Source of the DNA: Nitrospira sp.
GTDB taxonomy: Bacteria; Nitrospirota; Nitrospiria; Nitrospirales; Nitrospiraceae
Direction: 5' to 3'
NCBI GenBank assembly: GCA_035281245.1
Contig: DATEEH010000119.1
Location: forward strand, 20,385-84,384
Length of the DNA stretch: 64,000 nucleotides
Part shown: one piece after another, positions 49,835 to 59,353 of the stretch
How the letters are laid out: every line of letters begins with the position of its first letter
Numbering within the stretch: position 1 is the stretch's first letter
Notes under the pieces: model-generated
Seen by the model: only the letters and a program-made list of their open reading frames with translations
What the model was told of the DNA's origin: nothing
Databases searched by the model: none
Program-made: the position numbers and the translations under genes

Positions 49835-50311
49835 TCAGCTCTCTTTCTTGATTTGTTCGGAGAGATAGTTTTCCAAGCCCACCTGCTTGATCGTTTCCAT
49901 TTGCGTTTCGATCCAATCGATGTGATCGTCGACGTCTTTCGCCATATCCTCGAGCATGTGGCGGGTCGTGAAGTCCAACACTTTTGCGCAATGGACGACG
50001 CCATCATTCAATAGAGCCAGCATCTCCTGTTCTGCCTTTAAATCAAGTTTGAACTGTTCAGGCACGGTCTCCCCGACGTGAACCGTATTCATCCGTTGGA
50101 CGTTCGGAACGCCTTCGAGATAGAGAATGTGACCGATCAATTCATCGGCATCCTTCATTTCGTCAATGCTGCGCTCGCGGACCTTGTGATACAGGCGTTC
50201 GTACCCCCAGTTCTCGCACATTTTTCCGTGGACAAAATATTGGTTAATGGCCGTCAGGTCTGCTGTGAGAATCTTGTTGAGAAGGTTTACAACGCCTTCC
50301 TTTGCTTTCAT
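49835..50311 (-). CDS. bfr: Bacterioferritin subunit, haem-binding type (degenerate di-iron site)
   Basis: 158 aa. 'SIDEMKDAD' keeps Met52. Di-iron positions read D18, E51, D54, E94, V127, H130. Confidence 0.9.
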   Translation of the reverse strand: MKAKEGVVNLLNKILTADLTAINQYFVHGKMCENWGYERLYHKVRERSIDEMKDADELIGHILYLEGVPNVQRMNTVHVGETVPEQFKLDLKAEQEMLALLNDGVVHCAKVLDFTTRHMLEDMAKDVDDHIDWIETQMETIKQVGLENYLSEQIKKES

Positions 50312-50422
50312 AGCGGCCTCCCTTCGACGAAAGTGTAGGAATCCGTGTGCACTCCCTTAGGTCATTATCATCGTGACTCCCGTGCGCGTCAACTTGCCTC
50401 ATCGTGCCGTTTTGATTTCATC

Positions 50423-50456
50423 TCTCAGTTTCGACGACACGAATTCTCAATTTCGA
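50423..50456 (+). repeat. Direct 12-mer repeat upstream of the bfr pair (candidate operator)
   Basis: TCTCAGTTTCGA (50423-50434) and TCTCAATTTCGA (50445-50456), 22-bp register. 112-145 nt upstream of the bfr start at 50311. Confidence 0.45.
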
Positions 50457-50546
50457 AACTATCCTTCTGCGCGGGACGAAGAAATAGCGCATGGTCACGA
50501 AGGGAATGGCATGGGGAGAGAGCTGAAGGCAGGTCGCTTGAAAGGA

Positions 50547-52886
50547 TTATCCCGCTTCGCGGTAGCCGCAATCCTCATTGCGGCATTGCACGCTGCGGCC
50601 TGTTTGCTTGCTCACTTTTTCGATGAGGAATGGTGCACTGCAGGTCGGGCAGGCCTTGGGGATGGGACGATCCCATAGGGCAAACTCACAGGCCGGATAT
50701 TTGCTGCAAGCGAAGAACGAACGGCCTTTCCGCGTGCGCTTTTGGACAAGGTCACCCCCACAGCCGGGCTGCGGGCATTTCACTCCAAGCGCCAAAGGTT
50801 TCGTCGTCTTGCATTCCGGGTACGCGGAGCAGGCGATGAATTTTCCGAAACGGCCCGTCTTCACCACCATCGGACTCCCGCATTTTTCGCAGACCTGATC
50901 GGTCGTGAGTTCCTGCTTGGGAATGATCTTGATCGTCCCGTCAGGCAGCTTCTCGAAGTTTTGCGTATTTTTGCAGGGGGGATCGTCCTTATAGCCAGGA
51001 CAGGCCAGAAACTTGCCGTTGCGCCCCCATTTGATTTCCATCATCCGGCCGCATTTCTCGCAGGGAATGTCCGTGGGCGGCTCGACCGTGTCCTTCGGGC
51101 CCGGGATGCCTTTGGCCTTCTCCAGGTCGGCGGTGAACGGATCATAGAAGTCGCGCACGGCATCGACCCAGGGCTTGTTGCCCTCTTCGACTTCATCAAG
51201 CTCCGCCTCAAGCTGCGAGGTAAAATCGACGTTGACCACGTCGGGGAATCCCTTCAGCAGAAAGTCATTGACCGTCTTTCCCGTTTCGGTCGGGACGAAT
51301 CTCCCATCCACCTTTTCGACATACTTACGTTCTTGAATGGTCGAAATGATGGCCGCATACGTTGACGGACGTCCGATGCCCTTCTCCTCTAGCTCTTTGA
51401 TCAGCAACGCCTCGTTGTAGCGCGGAGGCGGTTGTGTGAAGTGCTGTTTGGAGGTCACGCCGGGGACGGTCTGCTCAGCCTGTTCGACGAGGCGCAACCG
51501 TTCACCTTCCGTCAATTCAGGCAGTTGTCGCTCGGCGCTTTCTTCGACTTCCTCTTCCTGCTTCGCTTTTTGGGCGAAGAGTTCCTTGTCGACGCCTTCC
51601 ATATAGACGATCGTGTGGCCGGGGAACTTCACGATCGTGCCGCTGGAACGGAATACATATCTGGCATCGGTCTCCAACGGCGACGATTCCACGCGGGTGA
51701 CGTCCAAGATGGCCGGCACCATCTGCGAAGCGATGAAGCGATTCCAAATCAGCTTGTACAGATTGTATTGGTCCTGCTCGAGATACGGCCGGATGGATTC
51801 GGGATCACGCCCCGCGGATGTCGGCCTAATGGCCTCATGCGCTTCCTGAGCCGCCTTCGAGGTCTTGTAGACGTTCGGCTGGTCCGGAAGATATTCGGCT
51901 CCGAACCGCTCTTGGATGACTTGTCTTGCGTCGGCCATTGCTTCCTGGGAAATCCTTGGCGAGTCCGTTCTCATATAGGTAATGAGTCCTGTGGACCCTT
52001 CCGCGCCGATCTCCACACCTTCGTACAGCTGCTGCGCGAGCGTCATGGTCTTCTTGGGTGTGAAATGCAGTTTACGGGCCGCCTCCTGCTGCAAACGGCT
52101 GGTGATGAAGGGAGCGACGGGATTCCGTTTCTTTTCCTTCCGTTCAATCGATCCAACGACGAAGGCTTTACCCTGGATAGCGGAAACGATCTGGTGCGCT
52201 TGCTCCGCGTTTCCGATCGATGCCTCTTCACCATTAATACTATGGAGCTTGGCTTCGAACGGGGGCGGATTGGCGCCGGCCAGCAAGGCGGTGATCGACC
52301 AGTACTCCTCGGCACGAAACGCCTCCCGTTCGGCCTCTCGCTCGCACATGAGCCGCACGGCCACTGACTGGACTCGCCCCATCGAGAGGCCGCGACGGAC
52401 CTTGTTCCACAGCAGCTGACTGCCTTGGTAGCCGACGATACGATCGAGCACACGGCGAGCCTGCTGGGCGTTGACCAGCTTCATGTCAATCTGGCCGGGA
52501 GACTGCAATGCCTGTTTGATCGCTCGCTCGGTGATTTCATTGAAGAGCACGCGAAAGACTTTCCCGTCACTTTTCTTTTTCGACTTGCCTCGAAGTTCTT
52601 CGGCGAGATGCCAAGCGATCGCCTCCCCTTCGCGGTCCGGGTCGGGGGCCAGAAAGATCTTATCCGCGTCTTCCGCCTTCTTTTTGATGTCGGCGAGGAC
52701 CTTGGACTTACCCTTGATCGTCACGTACTGCGGTTTGAAATTGTGTTCGAGGTCCACCCCGAGCTTGCTCGTCGGCAGATCCTTGATATGTCCCACCGAC
52801 GCCATCACGGTGTAGCCCCGCCCGAGATACTTCGTGATCGTTTTCGCCTTCGTGGGAGACTCAACGATAATCAGCGATTTCGCCAT
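50547..52886 (-). CDS. topA: DNA topoisomerase I
   Basis: Toprim 'LIIVESPTKAKTI', active-site 'TYMRTDS', multiple C-terminal Cys4 zinc ribbons. Confidence 0.96.
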   Translation of the reverse strand: MAKSLIIVESPTKAKTITKYLGRGYTVMASVGHIKDLPTSKLGVDLEHNFKPQYVTIKGKSKVLADIKKKAEDADKIFLAPDPDREGEAIAWHLAEELRGKSKKKSDGKVFRVLFNEITERAIKQALQSPGQIDMKLVNAQQARRVLDRIVGYQGSQLLWNKVRRGLSMGRVQSVAVRLMCEREAEREAFRAEEYWSITALLAGANPPPFEAKLHSINGEEASIGNAEQAHQIVSAIQGKAFVVGSIERKEKKRNPVAPFITSRLQQEAARKLHFTPKKTMTLAQQLYEGVEIGAEGSTGLITYMRTDSPRISQEAMADARQVIQERFGAEYLPDQPNVYKTSKAAQEAHEAIRPTSAGRDPESIRPYLEQDQYNLYKLIWNRFIASQMVPAILDVTRVESSPLETDARYVFRSSGTIVKFPGHTIVYMEGVDKELFAQKAKQEEEVEESAERQLPELTEGERLRLVEQAEQTVPGVTSKQHFTQPPPRYNEALLIKELEEKGIGRPSTYAAIISTIQERKYVEKVDGRFVPTETGKTVNDFLLKGFPDVVNVDFTSQLEAELDEVEEGNKPWVDAVRDFYDPFTADLEKAKGIPGPKDTVEPPTDIPCEKCGRMMEIKWGRNGKFLACPGYKDDPPCKNTQNFEKLPDGTIKIIPKQELTTDQVCEKCGSPMVVKTGRFGKFIACSAYPECKTTKPLALGVKCPQPGCGGDLVQKRTRKGRSFFACSKYPACEFALWDRPIPKACPTCSAPFLIEKVSKQTGRSVQCRNEDCGYREAG

Positions 52887-52972
52887 GTCGACTCCAATTC
52901 GCGAACAGCTTACCCTAACATCCGTACCAAATATAGCAGATCAGTGCAACCAGCCGCTTCAAAATGGATGCT

Positions 52973-54118
52973 TTACGTCCTCAGATACCGTTGCCCCGGT
53001 AGTTGTCGGACGCGTTGTTGAAGTTCAAGCGATAACAACGATGCCATCACCGATGGCACCGAAAGCCGTGTCCGTTCGAGAAGATGATCAACGGTGAGCG
53101 GCTCGTAGCAGAGCGCATCATACACCAGCCGTTCATGATTTCCCAAATGCTCGACCGGTGCATGCGGCAGGGGCGCAGCAGAGAGCCGCGATTTCATCGC
53201 CGGCTCGAGCTGCGGCAAGATGACGTCTATTACGTCTTGCGGCTGCTCGACCAACGCCGCTCCCTCCTTGATCAACGCGTGTGTTCCTCGACTCGTTTCG
53301 CTGTCGACGCTTCCCGGAACGGCAAACACCTCTCTCCCCTGCTCAGCAGCCAGCCCCGCCGTAATCAAGGATCCGCTGTCGATCGCAGCCTCAGCGACAA
53401 CGACGCCGAACGACAGTCCGCTGATGATCCGATTTCTGCGCGGAAAGTGTCCGCTGTGCGGAGGAGCGTCCAATGAGAGTTCGGAAAGCACGGCGCCGTG
53501 TGCTTCGATCTCGCGTCGAAGCCGCTCATGTTCAGGCGGATAGGTGCTTCCAAGGCCGCATCCCAGCACGGCCAGGGTGCGACCGCCGGCCGCAAGCGCA
53601 CCACGATGCGCCGCCGCATCAATGCCTCGTGCCAAGCCGCTGACGATCGTGAACCCCGCCTCCGCCAGTCCGCGGGCCAGGCGTTCCGTGACCAGCCCTC
53701 CAGCCGGCGTCGCACGTCTGGCGCCCACGACGGCGATGGCCAGTTCGTCTGACTCATGCAGTGACCCGGCAATGTAGAGCAGCGGCGGCGGATCGGCTAT
53801 CGTCAGCAACCTGCGAGGATAGTTGCAATCCAGAATGCTCCGCACCTCGATGCGCCTACGCTCGATGCCATGGAGTTCTCGGGCAATGCGCCGACAGGCG
53901 TCACGGTCCGGTCCATGGACGACGGCGTCGGCCAGTTTGGCGCTGCAGCCCTTGTGCATCAACTCCGCAGCCGTAGCGCGAAGCACCGCCTCCGGCGTTC
54001 CCCACTCGCGGACCAATACCAACGCGATGTGATCGCCCACCCCTGCAATCGCGCGAAGCTTCATCCAGGCTTCGAGCGATGCGGACAAGGATGTTCGACC
54101 CGTTTCAGGATTCATCAT
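52973..54118 (-). CDS. dprA: DNA-processing protein DprA
   Basis: 'SGLARGIDAAAHRGAL' and 'PRRNRIISGLS' DprA/Smf core. C-terminal winged-helix-like tail. Confidence 0.9.
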   Translation of the reverse strand: MMNPETGRTSLSASLEAWMKLRAIAGVGDHIALVLVREWGTPEAVLRATAAELMHKGCSAKLADAVVHGPDRDACRRIARELHGIERRRIEVRSILDCNYPRRLLTIADPPPLLYIAGSLHESDELAIAVVGARRATPAGGLVTERLARGLAEAGFTIVSGLARGIDAAAHRGALAAGGRTLAVLGCGLGSTYPPEHERLRREIEAHGAVLSELSLDAPPHSGHFPRRNRIISGLSFGVVVAEAAIDSGSLITAGLAAEQGREVFAVPGSVDSETSRGTHALIKEGAALVEQPQDVIDVILPQLEPAMKSRLSAAPLPHAPVEHLGNHERLVYDALCYEPLTVDHLLERTRLSVPSVMASLLSLELQQRVRQLPGQRYLRT

Positions 54119-54183
54119 CCCTCACAGGACAGAAGGGCAGAATGGCACCGCGCGCGGCAATTCGCCCCGCACGATGCTCCTGC

Positions 54184-55692
54184 CTATATCACCACGAGAT
54201 CGTATTGTTCGAGGTGCAATTGCTCATCCGGCATGACAAGGACTTTGGCAGCGCATTCACGCTCCAAAGCTTCAATGCCCTGACGTTCCTCGTCCTGCAG
54301 GAGACCGGCCACGGAAGGATGGGCGCCCACCACGATCCGCTGCTGCTCGTTTCCTCTTCCGATTTTTCTGATCTCTCGGAAGATCTCGTAGGCTACCGTT
54401 GTCGGCGACTTGGTGTAGCCTCTGCCTTCGCAGTATCGGCAGGGTTCGGAGAGCGAGCGCAACAGGTCTTCTCGCACGCGCTCGCGGGAGATTTCAATCA
54501 ATCCGAGGTCGGAGATGCGGGAAATGCGGGTGCGGGCCTTGTCCGAGGCCATCGCGTCCACCAGGGCATGATAGACCTTGTCCCGGTTCTTTTCCCGTTC
54601 CATGTCGATGAAGTCGACGATGATGATGCCTCCGATGCCGCGCAATTTTATTTGATAGGCCACTTCCTTGGCCGCCTCGAGGTTGTTACGCAGGATCGTT
54701 TCCTCCTGGTCCCGTTTCCCCACGAAACGCCCCGTGTTCACGTCGATGACCGTCATCGCCTCCGTGTGATCGATGACGAGGTAGCCGCCCGACTTGAGCC
54801 AGACCTTGCGGCTCAAGGCTCTGGCCATTTCCTGTTCAACCCCGAGGTAGTCAAAGAGGCTCTCATCCTTGTCGTAAAAGTGAATCCGCGATGTCTGTTC
54901 CGGCGAAAAACGCTGGACGAAATCACGCACGGCGTCGTATTCCTGCCGCGAGTCGATCCACAGCCGCTCCACCTTCTTCCCGAACAAATCGCGCACCACG
55001 CGGAAACTGAGGCTCAGGTCCGTATGCAACAGTGCCGGCGCCGGCTGTTGATCCCGCTTGGTCTTGATGTCCTGCCAGAGGACGTGAAGAAAATCGACGT
55101 CCGACCGCAACTCGTCTTCCTTCACTCCTTCGCTGACCGTGCGCACGATGTATCCGCATCCGGGATGGCGAACCCGCTTCATGATGTCCTTGAGCCGCGC
55201 CCGCTCTTCGTCACGGGCAATACGTCGCGACACGCCAATGTGCTCCACATTCGGCATGAAGACCAGATAGCGCCCCGGCAGAGACACATACGTCGTCACG
55301 CGAGGGCCTTTGGTGCCGATCGGCCCCTTCGAAATCTGTACCATCAACTCCTGACCCTCTGTCAGCAACTGTTCGATGGGCTTGCTGCTTTCACGTCGCG
55401 GGCGCAGCTCATCCGCATCTTTGTCGTCCTCATCAGAATCCAACAAGGTGTCATTCGGTTCGGCATCCAGCGACAAGTCCGAGACATGCATGAACGCCGC
55501 CTTTTCCAAGCCGATGTCCACGAAAGCCGCCTGCATGCCGGGCAGCACTTTTGCCACCTTCCCTTTATAGATGTTGCCGACGAAATCTTTATATTTGGCG
55601 CGGTCCCCGAAGAGATCGGTGACGACGCCGTTATCCAATACGGCCACACGGGTTTCCTCCCGTGCGACGGTGATAGCAATCTCCACACCCAT
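54184..55692 (-). CDS. rng: Ribonuclease G/E-family endoribonuclease
   Basis: S1 domain 'GNIYKGKVAKVLPGMQAAFVDIG', 'VIDVNTGRFVG', 'GIGGIIIVDFIDM'. Confidence 0.92.
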   Translation of the reverse strand: MGVEIAITVAREETRVAVLDNGVVTDLFGDRAKYKDFVGNIYKGKVAKVLPGMQAAFVDIGLEKAAFMHVSDLSLDAEPNDTLLDSDEDDKDADELRPRRESSKPIEQLLTEGQELMVQISKGPIGTKGPRVTTYVSLPGRYLVFMPNVEHIGVSRRIARDEERARLKDIMKRVRHPGCGYIVRTVSEGVKEDELRSDVDFLHVLWQDIKTKRDQQPAPALLHTDLSLSFRVVRDLFGKKVERLWIDSRQEYDAVRDFVQRFSPEQTSRIHFYDKDESLFDYLGVEQEMARALSRKVWLKSGGYLVIDHTEAMTVIDVNTGRFVGKRDQEETILRNNLEAAKEVAYQIKLRGIGGIIIVDFIDMEREKNRDKVYHALVDAMASDKARTRISRISDLGLIEISRERVREDLLRSLSEPCRYCEGRGYTKSPTTVAYEIFREIRKIGRGNEQQRIVVGAHPSVAGLLQDEERQGIEALERECAAKVLVMPDEQLHLEQYDLVVI

Positions 55693-55842
55693 ACTAACTC
55701 CTTCCGTTCAGCGCGTCGTTCGAAGCGACGTGAGGATGGAACGCGGGAAACCCCAGGTTCCAATGTCACTCAAGTCCTCGTCGATTCGAGGATGCGCACA
55801 ATCAATAACATGTCGGGCGTCGCAGCCTGCGCCGCCCTTCGT

Positions 55843-57006
55843 TCAATAAAATAGACTCAATCGCCGCCGTTTCACGTTCAGCAACAGTCCGAGCGAGGCC
55901 ATCGTCATGATGGTCGCGCTGCCACCATAACTCATCAGCGGAAGCGGGATGCCGACGATCGGAAACATGCCGGCAGTCATGCCGATATTCACGACGACGC
56001 AAAAGCACAGCATGGAAATGACGCCGACCGCCAATAGGGCGCCCAGCTCGTCTTTCGCGCGGGTGGCGATTTCCAGGGAGAGCCATATGAGCGCGACGAA
56101 TAAGACGAGCAAGAGCAATACTCCAAGAAACCCCCATTCTTCCGCAAACACCGAAAATACAAAATCCGTGTGCCCTTCCGGGAGGAATTTCAGCTGACTC
56201 TGCGTGCCTCCGTACAGCCCCTTGCCGGTCAATTCTCCCGCGCCGATGGCAATCCGGGACTGCAGCGCATGATAGCCCTTCCCGCCGGGATCATAGTTCG
56301 GATCGACGAACGCCATGATGCGTTGCCGTTGGTAATCATGCAACGAGCCCCACATGACCTCCCACGCGAAGGGAAAGAGCATGAGGGAAAACAACAAAAT
56401 CACACCGAGCGCCTGGGACCGCATGCCCACCATCAACAACATGGCGGCATAGACGGCCATGAAACTCAACCCGCTGCCAAGATCCGGCTGCTTCAAAATC
56501 AATAACAATCCTGGCAACATCAAGGCGCCGGGAATGACGACGCGCTGCAGCCACCCGACTCGCGGCGCCTTGGAATAATAATGGGCCATCACCAGGATCA
56601 AGACCAGCTTGGCAAACTCGGACGGCTGGAACGCAAAGGGACCGATCGGAATCCAGCGTTGGGCTCCACGGCTCGTCTTCCCTTCGAACAGCACGACCGC
56701 CAACAGGATCAAGATGATCGCATAGGCAGGATACGCTAATCGTGCAATGCGGTGATAGTCCCAGACCAGCATGATCAGGAAGGCCAGCGCGCCGAGCAGG
56801 ATCCACACCAATTGCTTCGCAAAAAACGGGAGTCCCGGCCCTCCCTGATCGTGAGTCACACTGTAGATCGAAAGTACGCCGATCGAGAGGATGGCAAAGA
56901 TCAACCCGAGAAATCGCAGGTCGAAGCTGTCAAACCCCCTCCGGTCCATCATGCGGTCAATCATGGCGCCCCACCTTAGCCACTTGGACCGGCGCGGGAA
57001 TCGCAC
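55843..57006 (-). CDS. rodA: Rod-shape peptidoglycan polymerase RodA (SEDS family)
   Basis: 'GAQRWI', 'QPSEFAK', 'LPEGHTDF'. 10 TM. Alternative start ATG 56964 gives an ATGATTGA overlap with the mrdA stop. Confidence 0.92.
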   Translation of the reverse strand: MRFPRRSKWLRWGAMIDRMMDRRGFDSFDLRFLGLIFAILSIGVLSIYSVTHDQGGPGLPFFAKQLVWILLGALAFLIMLVWDYHRIARLAYPAYAIILILLAVVLFEGKTSRGAQRWIPIGPFAFQPSEFAKLVLILVMAHYYSKAPRVGWLQRVVIPGALMLPGLLLILKQPDLGSGLSFMAVYAAMLLMVGMRSQALGVILLFSLMLFPFAWEVMWGSLHDYQRQRIMAFVDPNYDPGGKGYHALQSRIAIGAGELTGKGLYGGTQSQLKFLPEGHTDFVFSVFAEEWGFLGVLLLLVLFVALIWLSLEIATRAKDELGALLAVGVISMLCFCVVVNIGMTAGMFPIVGIPLPLMSYGGSATIMTMASLGLLLNVKRRRLSLFY

Positions 57007-58828
57007 CCGCGTGGGAGGGTTTGGCAGCCGAGAGTTTCATATAAGTCTCAATGACCTCTTTGGCAAGGGGGGCCGCCGCAGATCCGCCATGGCCCATGTG
57101 TTCGGCCAGTACGGCGACCGCGATCTTCGGATGTTCGACAGGCGCAAACGCCACGAACCAGGCATGGTCTCGCAACTTCTTTGGGATGTCCTTTTCCGGC
57201 CCCGTGCGGAGAGCAGCCGTTTGGGCGGTCCCCGTCTTTCCGCCGATCGTCACGATCGAAGATTTGGCTCTGCCGCCGGTGCCCTCGGTCACCACTCCAG
57301 CCAGCGCTTCCCTGATCAACTTGAGCGTGTCCGGTTTCACCGTCAATTTGGCCTTGGGTACCACTGGCAACTGCTGGAGCTGTGCGGTCGTCCGATCCAT
57401 GATGGCCTGTACCAACCGAGGCCGGTAGGTGACGCCGTCATTGGCGACAGTGCCGATCAGGCTGGCCATCTGGAGCGGTGTCACCGTGACATAGCCCTGG
57501 CCGATCGCCGCCGAAATCGTTTCTCCAGGCAGCCATGCTTCGTGCTTCACCTTTTGCTTCCATTCCGTCGAGGGTACAATGCCCACCCGCTCAGACGGCA
57601 GCTCGACGCCGGTTTCCTCCCCGAGACCGAACTGATGCGCAAAGGCCGCCATCGTATCAATGCCCATGCGCTGTCCAACCGTGTAAAAATACACGTCGCA
57701 CGAATGGACCAGCGCCTTGCGCAGGTCGACCGAGCCATGTCCGGTTGCTTTCCAGTCGTGGTATACGCGACGCCCGAACTGATAGCCGCCATTGCAGAAG
57801 ATCGTCGACGAGGGCGTGACTGTCCTCGTTTCGAGGGCCGCCGCCGCCATCATGACCTTAAAGGTGGACCCTGGCGGATACTGCCCTTGCGAAGCCCTGT
57901 TGTTCAGCGGCCGGCCTTCGTCCTGCACGATCTCAACCCATTGTTTTGGGGTCAACTCTCGTGACAGCACGTTCGGATCGAAGCCCGGCCGGCTGGCCAT
58001 CGCGAGGATATCGCCGTTCGTGGGATCCAACGCGACAATGGCGCCTGATTCCTGGCCGAGCAGGTCTTCCGCGACTTTTTGCAGCCGCAAGTCGATCGTC
58101 AGATACAGATCGTCCCCTGCGTGCGGTTGATCCACCAACACGGTCCGCTTTTCGTGTCCCAAGGCGTCGACCTCGATGCTTTTCTGGCCTGCCAGGCCTC
58201 GGACGATCTGATCAAAGAATTTTTCGACGCCGTATTGGCCGACGATGCTGCCTTGGTGCAGTTCGGCAAACTCCGGCTTTTCCAACTGCTCGGCAGAGAC
58301 TTCGCCCACATAACCCAATACGTGCGAGGCCGCCATCCCCCCGAGATAGTTGCGGCGTGATTCGACCTGAATCATCACACCGGGCAGATCGAGGCGATGC
58401 GATTCGATCAAGGTCGCTTCCTTCAACGTCAACCGGTCTTTGATCTTTCGCGGCAGCTGCTTCGCTCCCCGGACCGCCAGTTTTTTGCGCACGAGCTCCG
58501 GATCTATTCCGATCAATCCGCTGAGTTCAGCGATGAGCACCTCGCGGTCTTTGACGTCCTCGAGCGAGACGTACAGGCTGAAGCTCGGCACGTTGTTCGC
58601 CAGCAACACGCCGTTTCGGTCATAGATGAGCCCGCGTGCCGGCTCGAGAATCACCGAACGGGTCCGATTGTTTTCGGAGAGGTCTCGATAGTACGGCCCC
58701 TCACGGATCTGCAGGTGCCACAGCCGCAAGGCCAGTAGCGCAACCACCAACAAGAGTCCGACGCGCAGCACGACCAATCGGCGCTGCAGTTCGGCAAAGT
58801 CAGAATCTTGTAGACTGGAGGTCGCCAT
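56957..58828 (-). CDS. mrdA: Penicillin-binding protein 2
   Basis: Transpeptidase motifs 'GSTFK' and 'KTGTAQ'. N-terminal anchor and dimerisation domain. Confidence 0.93.
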   Translation of the reverse strand: MATSSLQDSDFAELQRRLVVLRVGLLLVVALLALRLWHLQIREGPYYRDLSENNRTRSVILEPARGLIYDRNGVLLANNVPSFSLYVSLEDVKDREVLIAELSGLIGIDPELVRKKLAVRGAKQLPRKIKDRLTLKEATLIESHRLDLPGVMIQVESRRNYLGGMAASHVLGYVGEVSAEQLEKPEFAELHQGSIVGQYGVEKFFDQIVRGLAGQKSIEVDALGHEKRTVLVDQPHAGDDLYLTIDLRLQKVAEDLLGQESGAIVALDPTNGDILAMASRPGFDPNVLSRELTPKQWVEIVQDEGRPLNNRASQGQYPPGSTFKVMMAAAALETRTVTPSSTIFCNGGYQFGRRVYHDWKATGHGSVDLRKALVHSCDVYFYTVGQRMGIDTMAAFAHQFGLGEETGVELPSERVGIVPSTEWKQKVKHEAWLPGETISAAIGQGYVTVTPLQMASLIGTVANDGVTYRPRLVQAIMDRTTAQLQQLPVVPKAKLTVKPDTLKLIREALAGVVTEGTGGRAKSSIVTIGGKTGTAQTAALRTGPEKDIPKKLRDHAWFVAFAPVEHPKIAVAVLAEHMGHGGSAAAPLAKEVIETYMKLSAAKPSHAGAIPAPVQVAKVGRHD

Positions 58829-58846
58829 GAGATTTCGATTGAATCC

Positions 58847-59353
58847 TTACGAATACCGGTCCAGCATGCCAAATCGCGGCGAGGCCAAGCGCCGCTCGTA
58901 CAGCCAGAGCAGTCCGGCACCCACCACAGCGTCGAAACACGCCTGCGGGATGACAACGAACTGCATCATCCACCAGGACACATCCACCGTCGCATGTGTC
59001 ATGCTCAGCACCGCGACGAGGCCGCCAGCCAACGAGAGGACGAGGAGACCTCCAAAGAGAATCGTCGGTGTAATTTCGGCGACTTGCTTGGCCAACAACC
59101 CGGCGAACAACCCCGCGCCGCCGGTCGTGACAAGATTCAACCAGAGATCGCCCGCCGAATACAAATTCAGAATCCATCCAATCGCCAGCCCGACGAGAAG
59201 TCCTTCCAACTCGCCGGCGAGCACTCCGATGAGCGCGGCAACGACGAGCCCCAAATCAGGCTTGATGTCCCAGATGGCAACGTGTGGTAGCAGCGTCGTC
59301 TGCACGGGGACGAGCAGCAACACCAGCCCTCCATAGAGCAAAAACTTTTTCAT
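58847..59353 (-). CDS. mreD: Rod shape-determining protein MreD
   Basis: 168-aa polytopic membrane protein between mreC and mrdA. 4-nt overlap with mreC. Confidence 0.85.
   Translation of the reverse strand: MKKFLLYGGLVLLLVPVQTTLLPHVAIWDIKPDLGLVVAALIGVLAGELEGLLVGLAIGWILNLYSAGDLWLNLVTTGGAGLFAGLLAKQVAEITPTILFGGLLVLSLAGGLVAVLSMTHATVDVSWWMMQFVVIPQACFDAVVGAGLLWLYERRLASPRFGMLDRYS

Noticed and set aside
51432-52367. 311-aa + strand ORF; similar long antisense ORFs at 36231-36995, 29238-30059, 18741-19439, 31949-32719 and 45512-46327
   Set aside because: Each lies opposite a gene with strong family motifs (topA, fbpB-like, GH65, thiC, M32, porin 2) and has skewed Arg/Gly/His composition.
54079-55854. 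591-aa ORF on the + strand
   Set aside because: It is antisense to rng (RNase G/E family), which has clear S1 and catalytic motifs. This is a shadow ORF.
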